Assembly: GCA_030390025.1 (NCBI GenBank)
Contig: CM059446.1
Location: 42,222,001 to 42,286,000 of the forward strand
Source of the DNA: Squalus acanthias
Lineage: Eukaryota
Length of the DNA stretch: 64,000 nucleotides
Reading direction: 5' to 3'
The notes below the pieces were generated by a model, which saw only the letters and a program-made list of their open reading frames with translations, was not told where the DNA came from and ran no database searches. The first letter of the stretch is position 1; each line of letters starts with the position of its first letter. Shown in pieces: positions 1 to 13,621 of this stretch. Position numbers and translations under genes: made by a program.

Positions 1-255
1 TGGTGCGAGTTAGGACACGGGCAGCAGAGTTTTGGATGACCTCATGTTTATGGAGGGTGGAAAATGGGAGGCCGGTTACAAAAGCAGTGGAATAGTCAAG
101 TCTAGAGGTAACAAAGGCATAGATGAGGGTTTCAGCAGCAGCCGAGCTGAGGCAGGGTCGGAGAGGGGCGATGTTACAGAGGTGGAAGTAGGCGGATTTG
201 GTGATAGAGCGGATATGTGGTCAGAAGCTCAGCTCAGGGTCAAATAGGACACCAA
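1..255 (-). mobile_element. L2 (LINE2) ORF2 fragment
   Basis: The reverse strand encodes the L2 C-terminal RT region (TSRLDYS-like). Similar to 21230-21425. Confidence 0.7.
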
Positions 256-939
256 AATTAAAATCTCGTGATTGGATATGGTACAGATAAATCATAACTT
301 CATCATTTGCATGTGAAACGTTTCCACGTTTGAATAAATTCTATTTTTTATCTTTATATTTATGATGTCACCTAAGAATTCAAGTGGTTGAACACTTGAA
401 TCCCAACAAGAAACTTATCAGTATGAGTATCAAGGCTGTAACTTTAGCATTACAGTCCTGCTCTGACCCAACTCCGACACCCAGCGGTGTGAGACTCACT
501 TGGATTCAATACTTTTTAAATGTACCCACAACTGATTTAAAGGTTTACGAGCGTGCTGGCACCCTTGCCTGTGCTCTCAAAACATTTCAGTTTTAACAGC
601 TGGGAGGGTAGTAGTGGGAGCCGGTGAGTGTAAGCAATGTAGTGTCTGGCTGGAACCATGCTGCAGCAGCTATCAGTCACAGACAGGCCCTGACTCTAAA
701 GCTACAGTTGCAGCATAAACAGTTCTTGGTCTCAGACAAGACCAGCAGTTGCAGTATAAATGCACCACTGGATTGTAAGTGTTTAGCAATTGGGTTTGGT
801 CGGTCCATGCCCACGCTGGTGGAAAGAATGGCACGTAGAGGCAAAGAGTTGCAGAGGGGAGCAAATAAAAGTATGGGTGTAAATAGACTCTTTGAGAAAA
901 TGGGGGAGGGGAAGGTAAGCAGGAGTAAACTAACCTAAA

Positions 940-1167
940 CTTCTCCCCGGTGTCCTGGTCAATATTTATCCCTCAACCAACATCACTAAAACAGATTATC
1001 TGGTCATTATCACATTGCTGTTTGTGGGAGCTTGCTGTGCTCAAATTGGTTGCCTCGTTTCTTACATTACAACAGTGACTCCACTTCAAAAGTACTTCAT
1101 AGGCTGTAAAGCGCTTTGGGATGTCCTGAGGTCGTGAAAGGTGTTACATAAAATGAAGTCTTTCTCT
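940..1167 (+). mobile_element. Deu-domain SINE (SacSINE1-like), 5'-truncated
   Basis: ccggtgtcctggtcaatatttatccctcaaccaac...ctgtaaagcgctttgggatgtcctgaggtcgtgaaagg, shared with the full copies. Confidence 0.8.
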
Positions 1168-1209
1168 TAAACTAAACATATAGCAGCAGGATTAGACAGC
1201 ACTAGAAGA

Positions 1210-1350
1210 ACGTAAGATCATAAGAAATAGGAGCAGGAATAGGCCACTTGGCCCCTCGAGCCTGCTCCGCCATTCAATAAGATCATGGCTGATCTTGGGC
1301 TCAAAGCCACTTCCCAGCCCGCTCCCCATAACCCTTCACTCCTTTATCTT
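1210..1350 (-). mobile_element. CR1 LINE 3' tail
   Basis: cataagaaataggagcagg...cctcgagcctgctccgccattcaataagatcatggctgatc, as at 24912 and 31497. Confidence 0.8.
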
Positions 1351-2464
1351 GTAAAAGAATTAGAAGCCCAATTTCCCACATGATGAATTTCCAGTTTTGT
1401 TTTTTGGCGTAAGCGAGGGAAGGGGAGTAGGGCATGAGTGGCTGTCCATAGCAAGCTGAGTTACTCAAGGCTGCTTTCTAGCACCTTCTAACAGCACATC
1501 GCAGAGCAGGGTTCGACAGAGCCCTATTCTGTCTCTCTGAGCTGTGACGGGGGAAATAAGGTTTGAGGAAATTCATTAATAAAAGTGAAGGCAATTGGAA
1601 TGAAAATACTATGAACGTTTCAACTTTCTATAAGATCAGTGATTTATTTCATTCTAATAAAAGAAACAGTGTTTATTTTATAATAATTGAGTTACATGAC
1701 CAGATTAGTATAGATTTCACAGCTCAGTAATCACGATAGGAGATAGTTTCTGCGTTCTGTACTGAGGCAGAGATCTGTATCTATTTTAATACTGTAGTAA
1801 ATGTGACTCAGTTTCCTTATTTTATGCCTTAAAAATTAATCACACTCGAAAACTACATTAATGAGCAATATCCCAACGAATAACATCAGAAAAGCACTAA
1901 AAAAAAACCTTCATTATAATATGCATAAACTACACAAATCCTACAGGCTTTTACTTTTTACAACCACAAACCCAGTGATAAACAATTGGCATCTGGTTGG
2001 AGGTTCTTGCTTCTAGTCTTTTTCTTATTTTTATACTTTGTGATTTGTAAACCAAGTTGTAACTGTGCGCAAGACCTGGGGGGGAAAACTTACTTTCAGC
2101 TTTGACGTTTGCGTAAAACGGGCGGTGGTGGGTCGGCCGTGCGTGTTCGTTCCTGCCTGAGCCTCCTGTCCATTGGCTTCATAATAATTCTGATATTGTA
2201 TTACCATTTATGGGTATAAATCTTTGGGGAAAAATCTTTGCAGGAAACAAAATCTGAATTTAGATTAACTCAGAAGCTACAGATTAATTTGGTGAATGTT
2301 CTTAGCTGGAATGGGCGGGGGGGGGGGGTGGGGGGGGGGGGGGCGACGGCAAACAGAGGAGGAAGATTGTAAATGGTTCGTTTGGATCCTAAAAGAGGAC
2401 CTAAACAATAGGGTGAGCTGAATGCCATTCTCTAATTACTATTCTCACAAGTTCTTATGCAACA

Positions 2465-2952
2465 ACCAGAAGGGAGATTTATGAGGATGTTGCCAGGACT
2501 GGAGAATTGTAGCTATGAGGAAAGATTGGATAGGCTGGGGTTTGTTTTCTTTAGAACAGAGGAGGCTGTGGGGAGACTTAACTGAGGTGTATAAAATTAT
2601 GAGGGGCCTAGATAGAGTGGATAGGAAGGACTTGTTTTCCTTAGCACAGAGGTCAATAACCAGGGGCCATAGATTTAAAGTAATTGGTAGAAGGATTGGA
2701 GGGGAGTTGAGGAGAACTTTCTTCACCCAGAGGGTGGTGAGGGTCTGGACCTCACTGCCTGAAAGGGTGGTAGAGGCAGAAACCCTCATCGCATTTAAAA
2801 AGTACTTGGATATACACCTGAAGTGCCGTAACCAACAAGGCTGCGGACCAAGTGCTGGAAAGTGGGATTAGACTGGATGGCTCTTTGTCGGCCGGCACAG
2901 ACACGATGGGCCGAATGGCCTCCTTCTGTGCCGTAAATTTCGATGATTCTAT
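2465..2952 (+). mobile_element. CR1 LINE 3' fragment
   Basis: ORF 2515-2871 reads LFSLEQRRLWGDL...TRGHRFK...FFTQRVVRVW; tail ends in attctatg. Confidence 0.9.
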
Positions 2953-3591
2953 GAAGGGGAGGGGTCGAGTTGTTATGATCTGTGCACCTTGAATTTCTAA
3001 GTTCAAAGCAAATTGCTCCTTCACCATAATTAGAAGTTGAGGAACTGCCTTCAAGCCCCCTGCCTGTCCTTCTCGTAACTGGGCGCTACAGCTGAATGCC
3101 AAAGGAGAGGTGACAGTAACTGCCCTTGTAATCAAGGCAGTGTTTGACTGAGTATGGCACCGAGGAGCTGGAGCAAAACGGAGGTCAAATGGAACCCCTC
3201 CAGTGGCTGACTAGGCACATTATTAGGTTAAAATCAGAGACACTGTTAACTAGCAGGTTAAGATTTATGTGAATGAGGGTGTTTCCTTCTCCATCCCAAT
3301 AAAGCTTACAGTTTTTGTGATAATACAGCAGAGTATGTATTTCAGTAGTTTTTTTTTAGATGGAACAATTTGTAAACCCTTTGCCAAACACCCATCCATT
3401 TGTTATTCCTTATAATCAGACAGTGATTGTTATTGCATTTCCAATGTGGAGCAACAAAAGTCTCATTATTAATAATAATATTATTGGAACATTACCAATG
3501 TCTCGTAGGAGAAAAACACTCCTGGTGGGCTCAAGAATGACCTTTAACCTGATTTCAAGTTTAGTACACAACATGCTCTCCGAGTCACAAC

Positions 3592-4335
3592 GGGCTGGAT
3601 ATTAACTCGGAGGCGGGGAGGGAGTGGATGGGTGGGGAGGGGGCTGGATTGAGGTTGGGAAACCCAGAAGAACGGGTTTCCCTCAGGCTCTGCCAATTTT
3701 AACAGCAGCACCTGATTAACATTTTTTGTCTCCGTTTCCCAGCCACAGCCAACCAGATTGAGAGGCCGGCTGGCTGTTGGGCGGGTAGGCCTTTGGCACC
3801 AGGCCGCAGCCGGGCAGCGGAGAGGAGGGAGGGAGAGAGGGACCGGAAAGGCCAGGGGGAGCGGTGGGGGGAGGAAGATCGGAAGTCGTGAGCCGGGCAA
3901 CATCGTGGAGATCGGAGGCCAGAGGCCACAAAGAAGATTGGAGGCCAGAGCAGGGGGAAGATCAGAAGGATCGAGGGGGATGTCTGATCGTGGGGGGTGG
4001 TTGAAGTAGGTAAGCTGAATCCAGCAGGTAAGCGGAAAGGCACTTACCTCCTGCATCCAGCAGTCCTCTCCTCCCTTTAGCTGCCGGGTTTCCTGAGGCC
4101 CGGGAAACCCGGCCGGCCAGGGTTAAATTTAAAATGACTGTGCGGCTCACAGCCTCATTAAAATATTTAAATTGCCAACCCACGTCCTGTGAGCAAGTTG
4201 GTCGCCCACCCCTCCCCCCCATCCCACCTTTGTTAAAACCGGAAGTGGGCGGGTTGGGGTCGGGATTCAGATTTTTTACATTTTAACATCCCGCCCGACC
4301 CCAACCCGCCCGTTTTTGGGGGTTAAAATTCCCCC
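3592..4335 (+). mobile_element. GC-rich non-autonomous DNA element (MITE-like)
   Basis: Imperfect terminal inverted repeats GGGCTGGATATTAAC / GTTAAAATTCCCCC. CpG-rich interior with a sharp compositional edge. Termini are related to 15169-15516. Confidence 0.6.
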
Positions 4336-4711
4336 AATGACTTGTGTAGTTTTTGGTTACCAGATCAGGGACAGCCCATCACACTGAATGCCACCAAGGC
4401 AATTTTACCTCAGATTCGACCACTAGAGGGTGCCACAATCTATCACATCCACCCACCTTGCGAAGTGCACTTCACAGAATTACATAAACTCCACACGAGC
4501 CTCCTCCCACTCTAATTACCTCTTCCTATTCCTGCACTGAACGATCAAAAAACCATGAAACATTTATATAAACAGCAGGCCTAAAGAAATCAGTTCTATA
4601 GTAATAAAATATAAGAGATGAGCAATCAGACAATTTGGACCACAGATTCCAAGAGTCCAACATCCTCAAACTAACAATTATAACATATTTTTATTAATTT
4701 CTTCTAGGACT

Positions 4712-5182
4712 GTAATAGTACCAGAATGATACCCAGACTTCAAGGGTTAAGTTACGAGGAGAGATTACACAGACTAGGGTTGTATTCACTAGAATTTAGA
4801 AGGTTAAGGGGTGATCTGATCGAAGTTTTCAGGATATTAAGGAGAACAGATAGAGTAGATAGAGAGAAACTATTTCCGCTGGTTGGGGATTCTGGGAATA
4901 GGGGGCATAGTCTAAAAATTAGAGCCAGACCTTTCAGGAGTGAAATTAAGAAACACTTCTACACAAAGGGTGGTAGAAGTTTGGAACTCTCTTCTGCAAA
5001 CGGCAATTGATGCTAGATCAATTGTTAAATTGAAATCGGAGATTGATAGCTTTTTGTTAACCAAAGGGATATGGGCCAAAGGCGGGTATATGGAGTTATG
5101 TTGCAGATCAGCCATGATCTCATTGAATGGCGGAGCAGGCTAGAGGGACTGAATGGCCTCCTCCTGTTCCTATGTTCCTATG
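4712..5182 (+). mobile_element. CR1 LINE 3' fragment
   Basis: LSYEERLHRLGLYSLEFRRLRGDLIEVF; frameshifted; tail gttcctatgttcctatg. Confidence 0.9.
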
Positions 5183-6829
5183 TATAGCAATGTAACAGTA
5201 TAGGAATGTAGAGGTCCTAAAGTTCAAAAAATACTACCCTTTGCTCTATCTCATACCCCTCGATCACTTCTCATGACTCCAGTACCTCCCTGGTCAGTCT
5301 GTCCCACATATTCCCCCCCATCTGTGTGCAGCAGTTAAATTGAAACTGAAGATTGTTGAGCCAAAGTGCAGGCCAGCTGCAGGACACCAGAACAGTCAGG
5401 GGAAAGGCCACTATTCAGGCTCCAAAGATGTGGGTGTCAAGTCCACACTGGTCACTTTCCAAAACACACATCAGATTCTTGGAATTTGCAGAAGGATCAG
5501 AGAGCCACATGGTTCATTAAAGGAGGTGGTACACTTTCCTGCAGAATACTCCGAACCTGATGGATTCATTAGTCACACGGCAGCAGTTGTGCAAATCCAG
5601 TCATTTTTAGAAGCTCGACTGTTGTGGTTCCGCTGATGACCAGTAGAGGTCAGTACTGCCCTTTTAGTCTGTAACCTGTGACTCTGACACCCTTCAGCAT
5701 GGTCCGAACCAAACTCTTTGAGAAATCACAAAAGTAGAGTTTCCATTTATCTGCTCTTCATGTGCACTCTCTCCCCATGGGGATGCTTCCCATTTACCAT
5801 CGTTCAGAGAATTTAAGCACAGGTTGCAAGAGCCAGGATTTAGCATTCCCAAGTGTGAGTAATTCTACCACTGGAGTTTAACCAGCTAAAACCATGCATC
5901 TTATCAGCACAGAGCACTGGTAAGTTGCCCATTGCTAGAACAACATCATCCATTGAGGTAATGGCTTATATGGATGCCCGGAACTGAGTAGAAAGAATCC
6001 CAGTCCTATCGTGGTCTACTTCTCCAGGTACATTCAGTGAGATACATTAGGGGGTCAACCTTCAGTCATGGATTGGAGTACAGCAGGTCTGTCTGCTTCT
6101 GTGTGGGAGACTCCCTACAAATACAGACAAACTCCTGGGAAACCATTCTGCTAAACTCTAAAAGGCAATCACTACAGGAAATGCATTTTTGTTAGTACAC
6201 AGCAAGAGAAATAATGTGCTAGCGGGTTAACGAATACAGGAGAGTACAGAAATCTAATGGACAGAAAGCTGATAATGTCAGCGACCCCTTGCGGACCTCA
6301 GTTTGATTCGCCAGTCAGCGACAGGCAATCAGTTCAGTTCCAATTTGCCATTGGCAGGTGGGTCATCTTGGAGGCAGCTCAATCCCTCCCATCCCCCTTA
6401 AAGGAAGATAGTTGGCCATTAGACAAGTACCAAGTCTGGAGCAATATATCCGACCTTCTGTTAGCTCCTTACTCTGCCACTATAAATTGAGTGGTTTGAA
6501 TCCCTTCCACTGCTCCCACCACCTTTACCTGCTCAGTTTATTCACAGTGACAGATGCCGTAACAGAAGAAGGTGAGGCAGATTATTTGTTATTTGTTCCC
6601 TTTGTTTTAACAAACGATCTACCTCTTTTCTGTTACTCCTACAGCATTCCCTGCCCATGGTGGATGGCTGATGACCTGCTCCTGGGATTCTGCTAAAGTT
6701 GATCAGTAACCCAGGAAAAGTGCTCTGATTTTCTTGTTGAACCTGTGGTGAAGCATCTGGAATCAAATCAATGTCTTTCTTTTGTGTTGAATTAGTTACT
6801 TGCCACAGTCACAAATCTCTCTCATTTCC

Positions 6830-7582
6830 ATCCCTTTCAAAGTCACTAACGTCATTCCCCTTCCTAAAAATCCCACTCTTAGCCCCTCTATTTTCTCTAA
6901 CTACTCCCATATCTCCAACCCACTCTCCAGGATCTTTGAACATGTGGTTGGAACCCAGTCATGCAGTCACCACTCCCCGCTCGATTCCCTGCACTCTTGT
7001 TTCTGACCCACCGACAGGATTGAGATTGCCCTGGCCAAAGTCACGAATGGCATCCGAAGTGTCTGACTCTACTCGCTGTCCCTCTGCTGCTTTCAAAACT
7101 GTTGGATGCTCCATTCTCTTTGCAAGCCTCCCGAATTTCACCTTTCACAAACTTCAGTTAATCTACAGCCCATGCCCTCTCACACATCAGGTCCTGCCCA
7201 TCCATCCTTCCCATCTCTGCCGAGCTCCACTCGCTTATTGTCTCAGGACATTGATTCCAAGATCTTCAAAACCTTCCATGGCCTCGCTACACCTTACCTG
7301 GGTGGTCTCTTTCTACTCAACCATTCAGGGGCGAGGGGTGATCGCTAAGTCACAATTCTGTTTGGGGATCTCTCCCAAGACCACTTCTACTTCCTTGCTA
7401 CCTCCTTCTCTGCATTCAACCTCTCCCTACCCCCCACCCTTCTATAAAAGTACTTTGAACATGCCTGTGACATCCCTTTCAGCATTCCCTGCTTTTCCTG
7501 TTCAGTGTCTAGCTTCACTTCGTGAGGCATTCTGAGATGTCCTTTCATGTGAGTGATGCTCTACAATGCATGTTGTTGTTGT
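6830..7582 (+). mobile_element. Degenerate L2 LINE (RT start to 3' tail, internally deleted)
   Basis: VIPLPKNPTLSPSIFSNYSHISNPLSRIFEHVVGTQ resembles L2 PLLKKPTLDP..NYRPISNL..LSKVLERVV. L2-type tail ends in gttgttgttg. Confidence 0.7.
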
Positions 7583-8810
7583 GGTCACGGTTTGAGCTCC
7601 GGCAGTTGCTGAAACGGAAATCTGCTATCCATATGTGTGATGTTTCCACAGCTCTCAGCTAGCACATCAATGGAACGTCCATCCCACCGCAGGGACATCC
7701 ATCTCTCCAGCTACCGTGCTCCTCGCTGAGCCAGTGTCCTTCACTCTGAAAGTCATTGATTGTTCCTCCCCCACTTCCTGTGGGAAAATATCTCGTCTTT
7801 ACTTGATGCCTCTCCTTGATGGCCCAGACGACATTGTGTTCTGACCAGGTGTGAGACTGTATACACAAGCCCCAGTCTGTCATTTTGTGGCACAGCACAG
7901 CTTTATACTGTACCCTTCAGGTGACGGAAGACAAGAGACACTTTATGCACTGTGTTCTCTGCACAATCACCAACTTGGAAAGCTTTTGATAGAAATGTTC
8001 TCCCACTTGCCTTGCTTCGGTCGCCCTATGTCAGACCCCACCCCAAGTCAAAAGGGAGGGCAAGCAACCAGCTGCCAGCCCATCGCCAGCACTGCCGTCA
8101 AACAGGCTGACAACTTTCCTGCCCTGGCATTAAATGCCTCCCTGCTAGACCACAGCCGAGAGTTGCACCTCAATGCATGGACTGTGGGCGTAAACTGTAC
8201 CCTTGGTTACCATTACATTTTCTAACTTGAAAGAGAAGAAGCGATTTTAATTTACACAGCATCTTATCACTTCTCTCAGAAACATCTCAAAGCACTTCAC
8301 ATGCGATGAACTGCTTTGAAATACAGTGTAGGAAATTCTTTTATGTAAAATAAGTAAGTTTAATAAAGCACTGAACACAAATTAATATTGAAGTGTGAAT
8401 TGTCTAGTTGGTTGAATATTTAACTATTTTGTAGATGAAAAGGACCTTTGTTACACAGGCAGCACTGTCAAGCATTCCTGAGATTATGGGTTCAATACTA
8501 GTTATCAGGGTTATTGAGTTGATACAAGGCTCACTTCTGGTGAACAGATAACAGGGATATACAAAGTTGTGTTGTCAATGACACTGATGCACAGAAAGGA
8601 AGTATTCCTTTTAAGAGATTAACGGTCTGATTGTCTTCTATGATCTTTCGCAGAGGTCATAATTGAAGTGAAGTGAAAGTATGCAGAAGGGATGTTATAT
8701 TTTACACAGAAACTGAATCTACAGCTGGACTCAGAACTACTCCAGCACAGCTCACTCCGTGTACTGTTCCCAGCTCAGCATCACTTTCATTACTGGAGAG
8801 TATGGGGATA

Positions 8811-9272
8811 GGTGTCAGCTGTGGCTCAGTGGGCAGCACTCTTGCCTTGAGAGTCAAAAGGTTGTGGGTTCAAGTCCCACTCCAGGGACTTGAGCACATA
8901 AAGCTGGGCTGACACTCCAGTGCAGTGCTGAGGGAGCGCTGCACTGTCGATGGTGTCGTCTTTCGGATGAGATGTTAAACCGAGGCCCCGTCTGCCCTCT
9001 CGGGTGGATGTAAAAGATCCCATGGCACTATTTCAAAGAAGAGATGGGGATTTTTCCCTGGTGTCCTGGCCAATATTTATCACTAAAACAGATTATCTGG
9101 TCATTATCACATTGCTGTTTGTGGGAGCTTGCTGTGCGCAAATTGGTTGTCTCGTTTCCTACATTACAACAGCGACTACACTTAAAAAAAAAGTACTTCA
9201 TTGGCTGTAAAGCGCTTTCGGACTTCCAGTGGTCGTGAAAGGCGCTATAGAAATGCAAGTCTTTCTTTTCTT
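8811..9272 (+). mobile_element. Full-length tRNA-derived Deu-domain SINE (SacSINE1-like)
   Basis: A box tggctcagtgg and B box ggttcaagtcc. Deu domain gtctttcggatgagatgttaaaccgaggccccg...aaagatcccatggcact. L2-like tail. Confidence 0.88.
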
Positions 9273-11689
9273 TACCACAGACATGTGGCAACTTAAGAAG
9301 GTTGGTAGTGGGATGATACTGAGAAGTGCACTGGCACCCCTGGTTATCTGGAGAGGCAGCACACAGCAAAGGCAGATGCCAGCGTCCGATCAAACCTGTG
9401 TTTACACTTCACCTACACCAGCTTCGTATTGGTTTGAAACTCACAAATAGTGAGAGGCTATTTGTGTTGCTGTGACAGCAAGTTGAATTCTGGGTCGTGT
9501 TTAATTTCAGTGCGAGTACATGAAAGGATTGTCAGTCATATTGAAAGTGCTTTTCCCAGTGAAGTTTGATGTTAATGCACCTTGTGGCCCTTATAACTAA
9601 CACATCCTGATTCATGCAGCCATGCTGACCGGGTCCTCTGGATGGGGAATTACTTTGTGGTACACTTCCCTGAGCAATTGTTGCACAGATCTGTGCTGTT
9701 GGGAGAGCTTGTTTCACTTGGATCGCAGCACTCAGATTACAAGCATTTGCATAATGCTCGGCCTCCCGAGATCTCAGCATGCGCAGTTGCATAAATTGCA
9801 ATATACAATCATCAAATTTAGTGTCAGAGTAAATCAGGACATGTTCTACAAATTGCAAAGAACAAAAGCAGCCGCTGGGATAGGGTTGGTGATGAGATGA
9901 AAACTTTAAATTGGCTGCAGTTACTGGTTGTCCCTGACACACTCAGAGGATTCACCTACTTGGGTGGGATGGCTGGAGTGAAGCATGAACCATACCAAGA
10001 GGAAATAACTGTGGCTGGACATTCCCTCCATCCCCCAACCCCCCAACTCACAATCAATGGGAGAAATTTCCACCGGCTATTGTGTGTCTAGTCCCACGCT
10101 ATCATCACACAGCAAGCAGGCCTCAGTCTGTCTGAGCACAGAGGTCAGCCTGACCAGCGGGGTCAAAAGCTTTGTTGAAACTGCAGCTGTACAATCAGAT
10201 TTGTTCCAAATTTGCAGCTGTTTACAATCAAAATGCCCCCTTGTAAATTGTAGAAATTAACTTCTGATGAGAGCTTAAGAGTAAAACTTCCCACCTCCTG
10301 TCGGTGACTTTTAAACAGCTCCAAAGCGATTGGATTCAAATCACCGCTCTCCTTTTACTCTGTAACTCTGTAACCAGTAGTGTGTGTGTGACTGCGGTAA
10401 TGTGATACGGTCTCGGGGAAGAGGGAGAGCTGAGTAAACACTACCTGACTCTGACTCCATTAATATGGCACCTGATCCACAGTCACTGGGCAAAGTCAGT
10501 GGCTTCTTTGTACATTCTCAGCCACAAGAGTTGTGAGGTGGACGGGGGTAAGAAAAAGAAAAACAGCTGCTGAAAAAAGAGCACAGGTCAGGAACATCTG
10601 CTGCTCAGGACACAGCTCTGTCTTATGCTATGCTCCAGTCAAATTTACAAACGTTTCCAGATCTTCACAAAAATTGTTCGACACAAATTTTACAGCAATG
10701 ATCAGCTGCAGACCCATCCCCTCTGAGTAACAAGGCTGAAATGATTCACTGAAGCTATTTCTAAGCTACTGATGTCCCTAAATTCATTCACATTTTTCTC
10801 TGAAGGAGGCATTTACAACTACAGATTCATGTCTTGATTTTAACTACAAAACATTTAATACACACAGAATTTCAGATCTCTCAATGGCAAAGTTATTTTG
10901 AACTCGTGGTTTTCTGGACGAGCGAAGAAAACAGCTGAATTGAATCGTGTGCCTCAGCCTGTAACATTCTAGAGAAAGAAACTATAGACAATAATTGAAT
11001 AGGGCACTGCAGCAGAGCGGGCCGGCCACAGCACGTATTCCAGGCTGACTCGAGTGTGAACGTGTACCGTGAGTTGGTGTCACTGAACATCTCACGTACA
11101 ACTTTCTCATTGTCCAGTGAAATGGGTGTGTGGAATCTGCTGTCTTTAGTGATCAGTAGTGCTGCCTCTGTGAGTAGATGTAATGCAGAGTGGAATGGAT
11201 AACCCTGAGCCAATCACAGTAGGGTCACTCCAGATACTTATCTGCATTTTTGTGTTAGTTGGTGCCGATATCTATCGCCTGCATAACTGAGCGGTTCAAG
11301 TCATGGTAACAATTACAATCTGAAGGGTAAGACAAATACAACAACAACTACTTGCATTTATATAGCGTCTTTAGGTTTTAAGGATGTCTACACACATAAT
11401 GTTAATTTTAAGGACGTTATACACCTAATAAAGTCTGACTTTAGCTGTTAAGCTACTCTCTGTCGATAATATACAGAAAGGACACCCGGCCTATAAATTA
11501 TGATTCTGGACCAGCAGCATTTAAAAAAAGTTATAGATGGTTTTATGAATAATTTATAAGTTGCTCAAGCCCATATTTTTCTCCTCATTTGGTAATGGTC
11601 AAGTATGTAAACATCTCCATGGATGCTGTTGATGCAGTTTCTTAGTAAAGCCATTAGGGGATAGATTTAAATACTGGAAGGAGGGACAC

Positions 11690-12000
11690 TTCCCCTCCCA
11701 CCCCGCCCCTCCTCCCTCCCCTCCTCTCCCTCCCTCCTTCCCTTATCCCACCCCGCCCCTCCTCCCTCCCCTCCTCTCCCTCCCTCCTTCCCTTATCCCA
11801 CCCCCTCCTTCCCTCCCCTTCCCCATCCTACCCCCGCCCCTTCCCCCCCATCCCACCCCCTCCACTTCTTCTTCTTCTCTTCTTCTCCTCCTCCTCTTTT
11901 TCTTCTCTTCTTCTTCTCCTCCTCCATCTTCTTCTTCTCCTCCTCCTCCATCTTCTTCTTCTCCTCCTCTTCTTCATCTCCTCCTCCTCCTACTCTTCTT
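11690..12000 (+). repeat. Polypyrimidine low-complexity tract with an internal ~50-bp duplication and (CTT/CTC)n
   Basis: Almost pure C/T; cccaccccgcccctcctccctcccctcctctccctccctccttcccttat occurs twice. Confidence 0.9.
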
Positions 12001-13416
12001 AGAATACAACCAAACTGGTGAAACCTGCCCTTTAGGGGGAGCCTGGGTGTGACTGTTCTTCCACTGAAGATTTGACATTACTCTCAGTGCAGTGATTTAT
12101 TTTTCACCTATGAAGTTATTTTAATCATGCTTGTGAATAACCAACTCAATTGTGTTGAATGGCACCGTGGCCAAGTGTGAGGCAGTGGGGTGTCACATCA
12201 GTAACACATTGTTCCAAGGGTCGAGACACCTGGCTTCAGTGATATTTACATTTTAGCTCTCCCAACACAGCTAGTTGTTGATCTCCGCCAGACCTTCAGA
12301 CAGAGCCTTGGGTGAAGGCTTGTTGCTAAAGAATGGAAGACAGAAAGTGGGCCAGAGTCCTTAATGTGTTGCACTTTTGAAGTACAATTCAGTCAGGCTT
12401 CACCCTATATTGCCAGTGGTTGTAGCAACCCTTGTAAATCTTAAAGTTGTGTAGAATTAGAAACCATTCCATGTTTTTCTGTGAATCATTTGTTTTAAAA
12501 GAAAACCAAAATACAATTGCCAGCTCACTTAAGTTGAATATAAACTCCTGTGAAAGGGACCTGAATAAGATGCTGATGACTACACGTGCACATTCATTCA
12601 TGCATTTCCAGATTGGCTTCCATGGCAATGACCTATCACAGCAGGACCTCCGGTTGTTGTTATGGAAATCATTATTAGCCAATCAGAAAATTAATATTAC
12701 CCAGCCTCAATGAATTGCCATGTTCCTACTGTTCTCTCACACAATGCATACAGAGTTAAGTAAATGTGTGGCTTCAAAATTACTATTAGGCTCATCGGCA
12801 AACAGAAACATATAAAAGAGAACAAGTTGCGGGGTGGGTGGGGGCAGTGTTTCAGTGACTGAAAACATTGCATTTAGACGCAATTCTAATAGCCCACAGG
12901 ATTTATCGCGGCAAGTGAAGGACTGACGTGAACTTCCGACCCACATGTTGAAAAACAATAATGATTGTGGGCATCAGCGTGCACAAAATGACATGTTCAT
13001 CTTGTTAAAGGGGCACAGCTACTTAGCCTTCATATGCTGTGAATTTCCAGAGCTGAGTGTATAGGAAGCCATTGCTCGGTCGACATTCAACCTCTCTTAC
13101 TCTTCCTGCATAAATTAACAATCCTATTGTGGTATTCAGATTTGTGTGGCTGCTCTTCTGGTCTTGTCCATGTATTGTTTGAACGACACTGCAGTGCAGA
13201 ATGAATAGCTGACTCCGTGCTTGATCCCTCACAACTTGCATTGTCTGCTTAGCTCATTTTGTCTTTTGTCCCCCTCATTTAACTCGGATGACCCTGTTTT
13301 TCCTTACTTTTATTAATTTCTTTCTTTTTTGAATTAGCCTCGACTTCAAATGCACGAGGATTTCTCTGTACTGATTTCCAACATTCTACATGAGCTGCTT
13401 CACAGCATTTGGTTAA

Positions 13417-13615
13417 GAAAGAAAAAAGACTTGCATTTTATACAGCGCCTTTCACAACCTCAGGACGTCCCAAAGCACTTTACAGCCAATGAAATACTTT
13501 TGAAGTGTAGAAACTGTTGTAATATAGGAAACATGGCAGCCAATTTGTGCTCAGCAAAGTCCCACAAACAGCAATGAGACGATGAATAGATAATCTGTTT
13601 TTTCTTAGTGATGTT
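13417..13615 (-). mobile_element. Deu-SINE 3' half
   Basis: Reverse complement of the SINE tail seen at 9080-9270. Confidence 0.8.
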
Positions 13616-13621
13616 TAGCGG

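Noticed and set aside
3544-4222. Overlapping Pro/Gly/Arg-rich ORFs or a CpG-island promoter
   Set aside because: They arise from the GC-rich repeat element, with no recognisable protein or splice structure.
5340-6150. Possible decayed LTR/DIRS pol fragment
   Set aside because: I could not identify any convincing RT, RNase H or integrase motif.
6771-7535. 254-aa ORF
   Set aside because: It is an off-frame reading of a decayed L2 element.
8811-8885. tRNA genes (also at about 35890, 40800, 43705 and 51612)
   Set aside because: These are tRNA-derived SINE heads that continue into SINE bodies.
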